Positions 1-14,810 of a DNA stretch of 64,000 bases are shown here, in pieces. The stretch comes from Octopus vulgaris. Its lineage: Eukaryota. The stretch is from NCBI GenBank assembly GCA_951406725.2, contig OX597814.1:220596001-220660000 (forward strand), in the 5' to 3' direction. Below the pieces are notes generated by a model. The model was not told the origin of the DNA and made no database searches. It was given only the letters and a program-made list of their open reading frames with translations. Numbering within the stretch: position 1 is the first letter of the stretch; each line of letters begins with the position of its first letter. A program made the translations under genes and the position numbers.

Positions 1-1579
1 TACTATATATATCTATATGTATGCAAATATATATAAACTGTTTTATATATATTGTTGATCTATGAATCTCCAGTTCACTTTCTGTCTGTGTGTGTATGTA
101 TGTGTGTGTATATATATATGTGTGTTTGTGTGTGTGTAGAGAGAGAGAGAGTGAGATATCATCCAAGTTGTAAGCAGTATTATGGACAAGCTATACAGTA
201 ACCCAACAAAAGGTGTCAACAATTCTCTACAAGGCAAAAGAACCAAGAGAACCAAAGTTTGTTTGGAAGTCTGCCAAGTCAAAAACATAATAAATATTCT
301 TTAGTCATCATACTAAGGGCTGCAAAATTGAGAAACTACTGGGTTTTTTTTTGGTTTTTTTTTCGTTTCTGAACTTTTATGTTTTATATAACAGATACTA
401 CAGAATCAATGATGAAGAAAAAAAACAAAAATAGATACTGAGGTGAGAAAATAAGGATTTAAAAAAAAACAATAAGAGAAAGAAAACTACGAAAACTGAT
501 TTATGAAAGATTTAGAAATTTATGGCAACTATCTTTGATACATGCAGCTTTAGATTAGATTTATAATTTAAAATATGTTATCAATTGCAGATTGCATAAA
601 TATGCAGGCACTTTCCATTATCTGTTCTGTTTTTATTTGTTTATTTCATATTTTATTTTTTAAATCCATTTCCAATGAAACAATTAAAGAGATAAGCATA
701 TTAGATACCCACTTAGCATTAATACAAAGGGTTAAGCTCAATGATGGAATAAACAAAATCTACTCTCAATCACCACTATTAAAGTGCCTTGGCTCCAATT
801 TCTAGCAACATTCATTTCAATTCATTTGTAATGTCTACATCCCTTAGTGAAAGGCAATGAATATAGGAACTCCTCATTTCTCTCTACCTATCAATCTTTT
901 CCTTATACAGGAATTTAATAAAATTGCTGTGAATTCAGTCTTTAGCTGAACAACTTATATAGATGAATATATATATAATTAATTATTTATGAACATTTAG
1001 CTTACATTGCCTACTGATAAATATGACGGCCTAAAAATGACCAGTAATTCCTGTAGTTGCAATATTGTTCTAAAGCATCTAATATAAATTCCATTTAACT
1101 TGGAGAAAATCAGAACTAAAATGAATGAAAATTTTATCCAATCAATATGTCCCCCACCTCTCTCCCTTCTGCTTTTTTTCTTTCCAGTTTCTTTGTCTAT
1201 CTCTTATTATTTTGTTTGAGATATGACTATTCCAATTTTCCTGACTTTGCTTTCATGTGGTACAGCAATTTATCATTATCATCATCATCATCATCATCAC
1301 CCTCCTTTTACATCTACTTTCCATACTGGCATGGAAGTGAATGGGTCATCATGGTTGGAGTCAGTTCATATTCAGGGGTACTGCTCACATGGAGAAGTCA
1401 AAGGGCAGCATTTCACTTAGGTTTCATTTTTGGCTTGGCTTCTATGGCTAGGTGCTCCATTTCCAAACACCTACCACTTCACACAGTGAACATAGTAATT
1501 ATTTTGCAATCAGAGCAACTAAGTCCAAGAGAAGATGTATCATTTAGGCAACAACCTGAGTATGCTAAACAAAATGATC

Positions 1580-1617
<38 letters not shown>

Positions 1618-4600
1618 ATGTGTGTGCATGTGTGTATATGTGTGTGTCTATGGTGCACTATAATGTTCTGATACGGTTTGTTAAATGTAATAACATAAAA
1701 CAAATGCTTCATGCTGGAAAGCAAATATTTTATATTTGTAACAGAGACACAATAAAAATGGACAGATTGTAAAAGGAGTCTAGTAATATATTTCCAAATA
1801 TTTTGTTGCACTTCTCCAGCTCCATCTATCACCAGAAACCAGGATTACCATACCTATGTAATATGTAAGGCATGGCTGTGTGGCTAAGAAATTCACTTTC
1901 CAGCCATGTGGTTTTGGGTTTAGCCCCACTGTATAGCAACTTGGGCAAGTGTTTTTGACAATGATCCGCAAGCTGACCAAAGCCTTGTGATGGATCTGTT
2001 GGACAGAATTTTTGTGGAAGCCCACTGCATGAATGAGAGAGAGAGAGATTTCGTATTCCTCTCATGATCACTGGTTTGTAAACAACAGATTCCTGCAGGT
2101 GTCATTTGCTTACTGTTCACGAAAGCATGACCAGCTGTTTGCTGTTTATTATACTGGGAAATGTTTGATCAGCTTTGAAACCATTGGAGGTTGACAACCA
2201 AATGGATATTCAACTGTAGAAAACTCTGCTTCAATATACTCTTGTCTGACCCATGAGAACATGGGGAAACAGATGTTAAAACAATGATGTGGAGGCATAT
2301 GATGCCCGTATCTGCTAAACCATGATTTCACCATCAAGACATTAACAGAAGATATAGTCAAGAAATGGTAACAAGATGATCTTATAATACTGAACCTTAC
2401 TAAGAAGATGCAACAAGTGGTGAGATGCGTCACTGGAGAACACCGATCTAACTCTTGCAGGCAAAAAAGAAAAAAATGAAACATGATGATGATGAAATTC
2501 AAAAATGTAAGTCTGAATGTAATTTATCTGTTGCTCAGCATTACATTTTCCATAACATTGGTTGAGCAAAGAGGCTGTAGAGAGCAGTCAGATCCCACAA
2601 GATTTAGTTTGCAGTTTGGAGACAAAACAAAGGATTGTGTGTCTGTATCTTTGATGCAACAAATATTGATTGCAGGAATGATAAAATGTAATGATGCTCA
2701 ACTAGATTTGAAATTTGCTCAGTGTAACTTATTGAAAGAAGTCTAAGAATAATGTGATTGCTACTTTGTGTGCTCTTATATAACTTATACAAGTTTGGTT
2801 TATCTCTACAGAGACTGTCAATGAAGTTCACAAGTTTTTGTAGTATAGGTTGAGATGTAACTCAATGGCTAGAGTTTCAGAAACTTCCAGTGCAATTTAG
2901 TGGACAAATAGAGAGCAAGATTAACCTAAGTCTTCTTCTTCTTCTTCAGAATGCAAGTAAAAGAAGCTGTGAGTGAGAGAGAGAGAGAAGTAGGATGGAG
3001 AAAGTGAGGGGAGGGAGAGAGAGGGGGTAGTATGAGATTAGTAAGATCTTTTCTATATTAAAAGCAGTGTAACTTTTAAATAGCTAGATATCTCCACAGA
3101 CAAAAGCAGAAAAACCGCTAAACATGGACAGACTGGCATAATTCTATTCAAATCATATATTGACAATCATCCAGGTTTAGCTTATTAAGTTGCAAGGAAT
3201 GAGACTTTGTCTTGATTGAATGTGATCACAATATTTGAATGCAACAATAGAACTTGAGTAATCATCATTTTAGAATACAATTATCCATTCACCTAAATTA
3301 ATTCATTTGTAAATGATTTCTTGCAAACTACGTATTCTGTAGTTTAGATCAATTCAATTATTGCAGGAGATTTTCATTTCAGCACTACAGACCGCAAAGC
3401 CAGGTTACCTGCTTGCTCATCAACCAAAAAATGGGGCAAACAGAATTTTGTGTCTTATTATCCAGGGCACAGCAGAGAATTGATGTCAAGATAAGAATTC
3501 ATAACTCTTCTTTTTATCCATTTGGCCAATATGATGACTCCAAGACAAAATGAAAAGATATTTAATGATCACTACATCAATTTAATAAAAGATTGAATAA
3601 AAAGATTTTAAATGAATTAGATTACCTGAATAGAAACAATAAGGATAATAACTACTTTGAAAAATAGAATTGAATGGAAGAATAATTAAAATACAATGAT
3701 GTCAAAGAAATATCTTTGATAAATGGAAAACTGTTGCAAAAAACAATAAAGGAAAAAATAGAAAGACGTCAAAGATATCACTTTTTCAATTCATTTTTGT
3801 GATTACATCAACAATATTTTTTTTAATTATTGCTATGCTTTGTATAAAGAAACCATTATTACTCGGCATTATACAGGACTTGTTTTATCTAATTACAAAA
3901 TGCCTAGGGTGTGCATACACGCATGCATGTATGAACTGGATTTGTACATATGTTTGTATATGAAGGAGCAGTCATGGCTGTGTGTTTAAGAAGTTTGTCT
4001 CTGAATCCACGGTTTCAAATTCAGTCCTGCTGCATGGTACCTTGGGCCCCAGGTGGGCCAAAGGTCTGTGAATGGATTCTATTGAAGGAAATTGAAAGAG
4101 GTCCATTGTATCACCATTGTTTTAACATCCACTTTTCCATGTTTGCATGGGTAGGGAGGAATTTTTTGAAGCAGGGTCTTTGTGGTTAGATGCCCTTCCT
4201 GTCACCAACCCTTACTTGTTTCCAGACATATATTTGCAGAAGGTTGGTAACAAAGGACACTGCTTGCATGACAGTGACACTCATTTACAACTACTATGTA
4301 ATGTTAAGGCTAGGAGACAGTAGCATACACACACACACACATGTATGCAAACACACACACATGTATGCAAACACACACACACACAGATATATATACGTGC
4401 GTGTGTGTGTGTGAGGTAGGTTTCTTTTAGTTTCCGTCCATCAAATGCACTCACAAGGCTTCGGTCAGCTTGGGGCTATAGTAGAAGACACTTGTCCAAG
4501 ATGCCACACAATGAGATAGAACCTTAAACCATATAATTGAGAAGCAAACTTCTCACTAATCAGCCATGCATACATAACTATATGTGTGTGTTTTTTTGTG

Positions 4601-4701
4601 TGTGTGATATTATGTGATCACTGTCATACAAGCAGGTGTGGAACCAGGTGAGCATTGGTAGCAGGAGGGGTACCTAGTCATAGAAAATCTGCTTCAATAT
4701 A

Positions 4702-5117
4702 AGATGGCAAGCTGGCAGAAACGATAGCACGCCAGGCGAAATGCTTAGTGGTATTTCGTCTGCTGTTACATTCTGAGTTCAAATTCCGCCGAGGTCAACT
4801 TTGCCTTTCATCCTTTCGAGGTCGATAAATTAAGTACCAGTTACGCACTGGGGTCGATGTAATCGACTTAATACCTATGTCTGTCCTTGTTTGTCCCCTC
4901 TGTCTTTAGCCCCTTGTAGGTAATAAAGAAATAGGTATTTCGTCTGCTGTTACATTCTGTGTTCAAATTCCGCCGAGGTCGACTTTGCCTTTTATCCTTT
5001 CAGGGTCGATAAATTAAGTACCAGTTACGCACTGGGGTCAATGTAATCGACTCAATCCCTTTGTCTGTTCTTGTTTGTCCCCTCTATGTTTAGCCCCTTG
5101 TGGGCAATAAAGAATTA
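4702..5117 (+). mobile_element. SINE family B (GGCAAGCTGGCAGAAAC head), internally duplicated copy with 20-bp target-site duplication
   Basis: The body 'ttctgagttcaaattccgccgaggtc...ccagttacgcactggggtc...agccccttgt' occurs twice in tandem. Identical AGAAAATCTGCTTCAATATA flanks it at 4682-4701 and 5118-5137. The same family recurs at 36.6-37.9, 44.5-45.0, 53.4-54.0 and 55.3-56.2 kb. Confidence 0.85.
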
Positions 5118-5722
5118 AGAAAATCTGCTTCAATATATTCCATCCAACCCATGACAGCATGGGAAAGCAGATGTTAAAATGATGATAATGAATAAAAACT
5201 AAAACTATTCTTGTATGTATGAATGTACTCTTCCCAAAAGTTCTAAACAGAATAAAAGCCAGCAGCAAACAAGGTGACAAGCTTTCTTGCTTTAATACTC
5301 AAAATTATAGGTGCATGTATGCATGCACATCAACAGTTGTATACATGTCTTTCTAGTGGACTGTATTAAAATGTGTATGCATGTGTGTGCGTATGTTTGT
5401 GTAAGGTAAGTGTCCTATAAAAGGAAAATAACTGAATTGGCTACTACAGTACACTGTATTCATTTACTACATCTAGGCCAAATCAGCTAAGATAAAGATT
5501 ATCTTTTTCCTACTTGCACCCTTCAGATGATATCTCTTCAATGCAATCTAATGAAATATTTATAAACGATTCTGTACTGCCAATGCTTAGAGCAGAAAGC
5601 ATTACTTTATATTTTTATCTACACATATTGAGGTGCGCAGAGCAAGTGAGAGTTCATCCATGATCACAACTCAGCACCAGCAGCAATACATGAATACTTG
5701 ATTCTTCACCAAGTAAGTATGC

Positions 5723-5937
5723 TAACTCTTTAGTATTCCAATTACTGTCAAATTTAATCATATTGTATAGAATTAATCATGCATTATCTTTTACCATTGA
5801 GATTCTGATGATGTTATTGTTAATTTTTTAGAATGACACGGTAGGGTTGGTGTGAGAGGCTTGATCCAGCCAGTTTGATCGTAAAGAAGATAGAATATTT
5901 GGATTAGATGTAGTCAGTTTAAATGCTGAAAGTTTAA
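5723..5937 (-). mobile_element. Degenerate copy of the piggyBac-like MITE at 61434-61655
   Basis: The reverse complement shares 'aattaatcatgc', 'tagaatg', 'ccagttt' and terminal 'tttaaatgct..ag.ttaa' motifs with the 61434-61655 element. Confidence 0.5.
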
Positions 5938-6373
5938 GGTTCAGATGGCACCTCAAAATTAGGGCTTCCTTTGTTCAAGGTTGACTGCCACTGTATGGGT
6001 ATGCGCAGGCCTGGACAAGTTTGCTTTGAAGAAGACTAGTGGTTTCTAGTGCATGCAAATCTCTCCTCTCTTCACATGACCAATGTATATTCAAGGCAAA
6101 AATACCAATGAAGGATGATACAGCTTGGATGTCAGTGTCATCACAGGTATTGCTGTCAAACTGCAAAGAAACAACAGATACTACAAAGCATTTTAGCTTG
6201 ATCTTCAAACAGTTCTACCAACTCATCACTCTTGATTGCTACTTTCTTTTGCTAACCTTGAAAGGATGAAATGCAAAAGCTGACCTTGGTAGAATTTGAA
6301 CTCAGGCAACCTATCCAACCTTCCAAGTCACCACCATATCTCAAAAATATTTTTTGAATTCTTAAATAATTAG

Positions 6374-6536
6374 ATGTGAGTGTGGCTGAATGGTAAGAGG
6401 TTTGTTTCCCAACCACATGGTTTGGGGTTCAGTCCATTTAACACCTTGGGCTAGTATCTTCCACTATAGTCCCAGCCCGACTGTGAGTAGATTTGGTAGA
6501 CAGAAACTGAAAGAAGCCCATCATGTATGGATGTAA

Positions 6537-6580
<44 letters not shown>

Positions 6581-6596
6581 GTATATATATATGTAT

Positions 6597-6633
<37 letters not shown>

Positions 6634-6850
6634 TACATACATATGTGTGTGCGCCTTTGTTGTTCTCCACAACTGTTTAACTGGTATTGGCTTGTTTACA
6701 TCTCTGTAACTAAGTGGTTTGACAAAAATGACTGGTAGAATAAGTACCATGTTTAAAAAAATAAATACTGGGGTTGATTTGTTCAACATAATCCCTCAAG
6801 GTAGTGTCCCAGCATAGCCACAGTCCAGTGACCGAAACAGGGGAAAGATT
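6374..6850 (+). mobile_element. SINE family A, diverged copy
   Basis: Head 'gtggctgaatggtaagag...aaccacatgg', internal (TA)n(CA)n, tail 'agaataagtac...ccagcatagccacagtccagtgaccgaaac'. Confidence 0.75.
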
Positions 6851-7411
6851 AAAAATAATTCTCCCTCTTTTAGTATGCCATCAAACAAACATCCTTGTAT
6901 ATTTACTCAGCAATTAAATTGCTGCTACATCAGAAAATGATCCAAATTACCTTCATTACTTTCTAATAAAAAATTATAATATTAAATTAATATTCAACTA
7001 ATTATTTTACTTTCATTGCATGCTTGAATCTATTTTAGTTTTTATGTTCCAAGTATTAATTGTGCTCTCACCGATTTAACTGTATCCATTTAACTAGCTG
7101 TAATTTTCTACATGCCAAAGTATGGTTTTTGTGATGCTTACTAAGATACATGACTTTACAGTGAAAGTACTTTTTCATATCAAGGAAATATAATTACAAT
7201 ATATTAGTAGGTTATTTGAATTATTTTGGTGGTATAATTGTAAATACATCCTTAATATCTAGTTTGGTGCTAGTGTTTTCATATTTGAAAGCTTTCTGTA
7301 GTTGACTATATTCCACATTCTAGGGTTTTACCAATAGTATGCTGGATTATATACAGCACAATGACTCAAGAAGAATTAAAATCAAAGGAACAAACTTAGG
7401 TTGAGTCTATT

Positions 7412-7857
7412 CATCATCATCATCATTTAACGTCCGCTTTCCATGCTAGCATGGGTTGGATGATTTGACTGAGGACTGGCAAACCAGATGGCTGCGCCAG
7501 GCTCCAATCTGATCTGGTAGAGTTTCTACAGCTGGATGCCCTTCCTAATGCCAACCACTCTGAGAGTGTAGTGGGTGCTTTTACGTGCCACTGGCATGAG
7601 GGCCAGTCAGGCGGTACTGGCAACAGCCATGCTCGAAATGGTTTTTTTTACATGCCACCTGCACAGGAGTTAGTCCAACGGTACTGGCAACGACCTCGCT
7701 CAAATGTTTTGTTCATGTGCCACCGGCACAAGCGCCAGTAAGGTGACGCTGGTAACGATCACGCTCAAATGGTGCCAGCATGGAAGCCAGACAGCTCCTC
7801 CGGCAGTGATCCCACTCGGATGGAGCTGTTAGCACTCCACTGGCATGGGTGCCAGTC
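7412..7857 (-). mobile_element. SINE family C ((GAT)n tail; internal GTGGCAYGTAAAAAGCACC repeats)
   Basis: 'catcatcatttaacgtccgctttccatgctagcatgggttgga...ggatgcccttcctaatgccaacc' matches the copies at 14.8, 15.4, 25.7, 57.2 and 62.1 kb. Confidence 0.8.
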
Positions 7858-9597
7858 ATCAAATTTAAAATTAATTTATTTACATAGATAAGGTGTTGCC
7901 CCAGCATGGCCACAGTCCAATGACTGAAACAAGCAAAAGGAAAGAAAATAAAAGAGATAGATATTGTGTACGAGACTTGTTACTCGAAGGATGTACGTTC
8001 ATCTGCAAATACAGTCTTTTCAGCAGGTTTTTCAATCTAACAATGCTATCTGCTGTATAAAAACGACCCATGTTTGATTAAAATTGCTGTTATTGCAGTT
8101 GAAAACAACAATATTTCTACTATTGCTACTACTGCAATCATTACAATGTAAATATTATTGCCGCAAATATTATTCAGAATTTAAAATAACAAAACAACAA
8201 CATTAACAACTACATCAAATCCACCATCATCATCATCACTACCACTGCTATTCCTAGCAGTTCTGTCAATGCTTATTGCATCTCGTAATTATTCCAATAC
8301 AGTATTGACAACTACCTTCCACCATCCATTGTTCTAAAAACAAAAAAAACGATAGTTGAAATTGGACAAGCTTTTACAGAACATTTCATATTTACAATTA
8401 TTAATACTGCCAGATGCCAACAGCAATATAGCTAGCTGGCTAAGAGTATAAAGACTGAAACTTAAACTTGTGAATATAAACCAATTTTAACTAAATTAGA
8501 CAAGCTGTTCATATTCAAACAATGTTTCTAAGCTAAAAGCTAGGTTTTCAAAAGCTATTATAAAAACAAAGTAACCTTGAACTGCCATCTTGAACTGTTG
8601 ATCAGAGAGCAGCGAATGCCATATCTAAAAAGATGACATGCGGATGACAAAGCAATTAAATATAATTATTCTAGCTGCTCGAAGAGAGCTTTAGTGAGTT
8701 TAAAGATCCAATTTTTAAATGCATTCTGAATCCAGAATGTTAGTGCAAAGATATCATCATTTCTTCAGTCACAAGGCCATAAAATATCCTTGTAATTTGT
8801 GTTTAACTTCTGAAACAAATTGAGTTCTTCTCTTCGAAATTTAAAATAAAACTTCAGAAATGATAGAATAAATAACAAAATAATAATAAAAATGAATAAA
8901 TTTGATGGTTCACTTCATGATTTTGTTTGTATTTTATTTTATTTTTTTATATATTTTATTTTCATTCAGATTATTTATATTCAACTTCTTTTTATTTTCT
9001 AATTTTTGGCATTTAGAAAAGATTCTTTTATGATAAAAGATCAATTTCTGATTTCTTGAAAGAATAAAAAAAAAACAGTAAGAAAAAAAACAGGAATTTC
9101 AGAAAAAATAAAAAAAAAAGAATGAAGAATTCTTGCTAGAACATCCATATATGAAAGATACTAGATAACGATCTCATTGCATTTAAGTTCAGTTAAAACG
9201 TATGCAAATGGATATCAGAAGGATACTCAGAGAATTTAATGGAAGGGTGTTGTGAGAATAAAATGAGCTGCATGAAATTATCAAATACAATATAAAGAAA
9301 AACTAATTTCTAACTAAAATATTCCATGGATACAAGAAAAATTAATGGAAACTCATCCAAACAATTATAATCTTTTGACTAAATTTTCCAAGGCTAAGCA
9401 TTCGGAAATGTTATTTATATTATTATTTATTTATCCTTATTATTATTTATCATCTTCTTCCTCTTCGTCTTCTTCTTCTTCTTCTTTTTCTTCTTGTTAT
9501 TATTATTATTAGAAAGAGTTTGTTATTTACATATTTATTTAAAATTTCACATACAAAATGAAGTTGTGCGTGTGCGTACATGTACTTTTATGCGTGC

Positions 9598-9630
<33 letters not shown>

Positions 9631-10170
9631 TGTGTGTGTGTGGAAACAACATTTATCCAAGAAATAGCTCTAATGAACATATGCATTAAAAACAAATTAC
9701 TAAAAAAAAAAAAACAAATGCAAATCAAAGCAAAAACCAACATAAAGAGGCCCTCTGAATAAAGATTCATTATTTCTAAAATATATTCTGTTAAACAGAA
9801 GATGCATGTGTGTTGGGAGAGAGTCTGCATAAATTTAATTAACTTCTTTAAAAACCGTATTTATAAGGTTCCTTTTTGATATTTTTCTTTTGAATATTGC
9901 CTGACTTCCAGTCAGTTTTAACTTGACATCCCAATTTCTTTTGAAGATCAATTTTTGTAGTGTGGAAACTATACTGGATTCAATACACTCACATATATTA
10001 CTGCTACTTGTATGAGCCAGTGAGGGTGCTTCAAATGACTTGCTATATTTATCAGCAAACTGTTCCTCATAATTACAGACCCAGCCACCTTAAGAGATTT
10101 ACAAAAGACACATTGGATAATCTAGTCCAGAGTACACTGTTCGTAGACAACTAAAAAAAGTAAACATTGA

Positions 10171-10336
10171 GGCATAGGAGTGGCTGTGTGGTGAGTAGCT
10201 TGCTTACCAACCACATGGTTCCAGGTTCAGTCCCATTGCGTGGCACCTTGGGCAAGTGTCTTCTACTATAGCCTCGGGCCGACCAAAGCCTTGTGAGTGG
10301 ATTTGGTTGACGGAAACTGAAAAGAAGCCCGTCATA

Positions 10337-10369
<33 letters not shown>

Positions 10370-10590
10370 GCATGTGTGTGTATATGTTTGTGTGTCTGTG
10401 TTTGTCCCCCCGAACATCGCTTGACAACCGATGCTGGTGTGTTTACATCCCCCGAAACTTAGCGGTCCGGCAAAAGAGACTGATAGAATAAGTACTAGGC
10501 TTACAAAGAATAAGTCTTGGGGTTGATTCGCTCGGTTAAAGGCGGTGCTCCAGCACGGCCACAGTCACATGACTGAAACAAGTAAAGAGT
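10171..10590 (+). mobile_element. SINE family A, full-length
   Basis: tRNA-like head with A-box (tggctgtgtgg) and B-box-like (ggttcagtccc), internal (TA)n/(TG)n, 3' end 'gactgaaacaagtaaagagt'. Near-identical to five or more other copies in the window. Confidence 0.9.
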
Positions 10591-10788
10591 ATTGAGATGA
10601 TCATGCTAGAATATAAAATAGGGTTTGCTCAATCAGGACAAACTTGGGACTGAAGTTAACAACAACAACATCATCATCTATTATTTGATTTAGTGAATGA
10701 GCAAAAACTAGAAAAAACGTAAGTGGGGGCAAGTTGATAAAAAAAGGTGTTGTTTGTCTTATGCTTGATAAGAAAAAGGAAAAGAGGT

Positions 10789-10825
10789 CTTTGACATTTC
10801 AGACATTAGTTTTTCATTAGAAAAG
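10789..10825 (-). ncRNA. Highly degenerate minimal hammerhead-ribozyme-like motif
   Basis: The minus strand reads CUUUU-CUAAUGA-A-AAAC-UAAU-GUCU-GAAA-UGUC-AAAG. It has a G5>A core change and one stem II mismatch. Confidence 0.3.
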
Positions 10826-10968
10826 AGAAAGGAAGAAGGGTGGTGGAAAGGAGAGAAGAAGACAGGAAGGCAGATACAAAAAGAAAAAAGTTTAGGGGTC
10901 AGATGGGAATGTGTTTCTATGAGAGGAGTTAAGAAGAGAGGAATAAGTAGGGGCATTGTGTGCATATA

Positions 10969-11177
10969 TGAAGGGGTGCTGAAAAGTTCCTGGTTTTGGG
11001 TAAAAGAAAATACAGGAGGATCAGGATTTTATGCAGCATATTCCCCCCCAGATTCACACACTTATTGTAGCAGTTCTTCAGTTTTTTCGAAGCTCTGTGA
11101 AAGAAATCAGAAGGTTTGGCCTCCAACCAGACCTTCCACAATACCCTTAAAGCAAAGAAATTTTCAGCACACTCTCA
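10969..11177. mobile_element. Mariner-type MITE (about 210 bp) with TA target duplication
   Basis: Left end TA-TGAAGGGGTGCTGAAAAGTTCCTGGTTT; reverse complement of right end TA-TGAGAGTGTGCTGAAAATTTCTTTGCTTT. No coding capacity. Confidence 0.75.
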
Positions 11178-11707
11178 TATAAAAGAGTATCTGTCTAAGG
11201 GGGAAGGTGTGTAAGTGGTGTGAGGTGCAGGTGGTTTTAATGTTTCTTACTGGTTTTCACTTTAGAATTAAATTAAATATTGTTTTTTGCAACAATTTAA
11301 TAACTCAACCAATTCCTTAAAAAGCTACTGTGACCAAATTTTTAATGAAGTAAACTGGCTCTGTGATTTGATTTATTTTGAAATTTGTAATCAAAATATG
11401 GATGAAATTCATAAAATAACTTTACTTTTTTTTTTTAAGGAAGAAAGAATATGCTAATTAAGATACGGAAAAATATGAAATATTAAATAAATTTAGATTT
11501 CATTGAACAAACATAACATTTTCCAAAAGAAACATTCTTCCACTTCTTCCTTTGTTTCACTCATTTATACCTAAAAAAAAAAGAAAGAAAGGGGCTACCT
11601 AATTAACATATTGCTCTTTTTAGAAAATTATAAAAAGTTAATAACTAATGCAGGTTGTACACAAGGAAGAGAGTAGGATGAAGATTAAAGGCAAAAACTG
11701 TTATAAA

Positions 11708-12679
11708 TCTATAATATAAATTGGACATGGGCGATCGTTGTATTCTTTCTTGTCTTGAGGTTCACAGCCAAACAGCTGGGTGGATTCACGTGAAAAAATG
11801 GCACACATGTGCACAGACTGGAATGCGGTTTGTATTTTTTTCCTAGCCCCCATAGTTACTAAGAAAATCGATTAAAACTTTTTCTAATGGAATCCTCCTC
11901 TTTGTTTCGCCATTAAAACAACCAGTTGCTCTCACAGCCGGCATATACCATTTTGCTAGCAACAAGGGGTGTACAGGATGACAGTCAGCCAAAACTTTCG
12001 CTATGCTGTCTCTCTTCTTTCACCTCTTTGTGGGGTTAATAATCTTTGGTTACAGTTTCTCGTTAAAATTACATAAAAGGCAGATTTGTCGGATTAAGAC
12101 AGTGGGGTGTTTTGAGGGAGATTTTGCTGCTATTTCTACCAGGTCTAGATCATGTAGAGGTCTGAACTTAATTTTCATTCATATATTTGCATTTCAAAAA
12201 TTTAACATAATCTTTTCCATAAATCAACTATGGTAAAAATTTTATACGATGAGCACACTCGCATGCACACGCCCCCCCCCCCCACACACACGTCCATTTC
12301 ATATATCTTCTTTCAATTTCTGCTCTCAGCAAATAAAATTTTTACGGGTACAACTGCTTACAAAAATGGGGATTAATGTATAATTTCTTTCTATGTTCAT
12401 AATTAAATCAATGTTTTAATGATTAGACAGAGGTCCAATAGAATAGCCCTCAGAAACAGACTACGTACAAATTCATTCTTCACAACTCCTGAAGCTGTTT
12501 TCTGACAAGGGTAGGGAGGCGGGGGGAGTCAGGAAATTTTCATACAGCCGGAGGCTCCAATCGAAAGAGGGGACCCGAAATGATAAAGTTGAGAAACGAT
12601 GTTATAGATTATGCCTAACTAGAAACGATCACAGCCACATTATCCAAACCGACAGGGTGAAACCAGGCTTAGCTGCTAG
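11708..12679 (+). mobile_element. Putative non-autonomous Helitron, decayed
   Basis: 5' end A^TCTATAATATAAA, with the same 26-nt start recurring at 41541-41566. Helitron-typical 'cagccaaacagctgggtggattcacgtgaaa...tggcacac'. 3' end is a decayed hairpin 'cagggtgaaaccagg' followed by CTAG^T. Confidence 0.5.
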
Positions 12680-13704
12680 TCTACATTATAAATTCAGTGT
12701 CCATGTGCATTTATTTTGCCAATAGAATACCTATACACGCACACAAAAAAAAGAAAAAAATTCTGATACCAAGAAAAAATGCTGAAGATGGAAAACTTAC
12801 CATAAATCCCCAATTTTATTTTATTTTATCTTCCAATATTAATTTGCTATTTGGACATAAGTAAACTAAGATGGAAGGTCATCTTTATATACAAACTCTT
12901 GACATTTTCTATCATAGAATCAGTGGTGGTCTAAAGCAAGTTGGTACGCAAAGGTTTACTACTAACCATAGAAAATGTTTCAAATCTATAATGTTCATAC
13001 ACACTTAAACTCCTTACATTTTATTTTCTAACTTTAAATCTATCATATGTATACATTCATTTTTCTTATGAATGGATAAGATGGTTTAGAAAGTTTGTTA
13101 TTAGAATAAATTGCAGGAGAAGATTCTTCCACAGCTGGATTCTTTTACAGTATTAATGAACCAATCAGATTTGGAATAATAAAATGGAACCTCTGTCAGT
13201 TAATGTTGTCATGTAGTTGTACATGGACAGGCCTGGATAGCTGCCCATGCATCTTAACATGTATGTGTATTCCTGGACAAGATGTTTTGAGGAAGACTGA
13301 CAGTTGCCACACCACTGATGTTTATCCAATGGAAAAACCGACAACAGGGACAAACAGTTTGTCATCAGTTTGTCACAGGCCTTGCCATTAGAATGCAAAG
13401 AGAAAGGACAGATACCCCAAGGCATCTCACCACATCCTCTAATAGTTCAACCAATCTCCCTGAATTAGCACTATTTTCTATCAACCATGAAAATATGAAA
13501 ATATAAAATGCAAAGTTGATCTCAGTAAGGTTTGAACTCAGAGTGCAGAAAGCTGGAACAAATACTGTAAGGTATTTTATCCAATGCTCTGACAACTGTG
13601 GCAATTCACTCCCTTGAAATCTCTTGTCAAACAATACTACACAAGGCTCAGTGGAAGAATTTTCACAACTCTATATCAGTCTAAAAGATGACATAATAAA
13701 TATA

Positions 13705-13952
13705 TGTGCCCTTTTAGAGCCTAGCCAGGATCGTGGGTCCAGTTTCCCAGTTTCTATGGTGTATATGTTCCCCAGCTGCATGGGACGCCAGTCTATTGCA
13801 GTGTTACTCATTTTTGCCAGCTGAGTGGACTGGAGCAACGTGAAATAAAGTGTTTTTCTCAAGAACACAATGTGTCGCCTGGTCCTGGAATTGAAACCAC
13901 AATCTTACAGTCATGATGCTGACATCCTAACTACTAAGCCACGTGCCTCCAC
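13705..13952 (-). mobile_element. tRNA-derived SINE (D group; body shared with the 18954 copy, tail shared with the 48034 copy)
   Basis: Minus strand: 'ggaggcacgtggcttagtagttagg...ggtttcaattccaggacc...ttcttgagaaaaacactttatttcacgttgctccagtccactcagctg'. Confidence 0.75.
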
Positions 13953-14810
13953 GAAAGATGACATATATTTGGTAAATAACTTCAAATCCTATGAAACCAC
14001 TTTGTTTAATTTTCAACTGAAAAAATCTTGGCAGTAAATTATGACCGATAGAAAAAGAAAACATTAAAGCAATGACGAACATCACCCCTCCACACAAACA
14101 CCCCACTATTTTAGAAGAAAATAATAAATTAAAAGAAGCCAATGAGACTTGAGCTGTTAGAAACAATAGTCAAATATCCCACATACCACATTGGACAATA
14201 TAGTTTTAGACAAGCAAAATGACTGGGTAGTTATTCAGGGAATGCATTTGATTAGAAGTCTGTTCAATCTGGTTTGCCTTGTATCAAGCAACAAATTAAA
14301 TAAAACACACTATAACAAAATACTATTTTCAATCATTTTCTGAAAAAACTCATACATATATTTAGTGTCCTCCAGGCTGGAGGATTTCACTAAATTATTT
14401 GGCATTCTCCTGGTTCAATAATTTTATAACTAATTAGTTTTCAGTTTGTATTAGCTATAGGTTAGTGCATCATTAATTATGACTTTTTGTTATTTTAGAA
14501 TTTCATATCTATTTTGTATTAACTTTTATTTAGCTATGTTCATGTGGTATACTACTTTGAAGTAGATTTCAATCTTTTGACTTATAACAATGATTTTCCA
14601 TCCATTTTTTATTTTAGGTTGTTAAAAAAAAAAAATTAAATTCAAGCACTTTTATTGTGTGACTTCAAAACCAAATTCATAGCAATAGAAAATACTTATA
14701 ATATCAATTAAGAATAAAAGCAAAGGTCTGTTGACAAGCATGTAGCTTAACATAGGGTCCAAGAATTTCACAATGGAAATAAGAGCCATGAAGAAGATTG
14801 TGGATAACAT

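Noticed and set aside
10151-10417. Recurrent peptide 'RGYSRRHLPK.P..GTEPGTMWLVSKLLTTQPL' in many ORFs
   Set aside because: It is the antisense translation of SINE family A, not a protein family.
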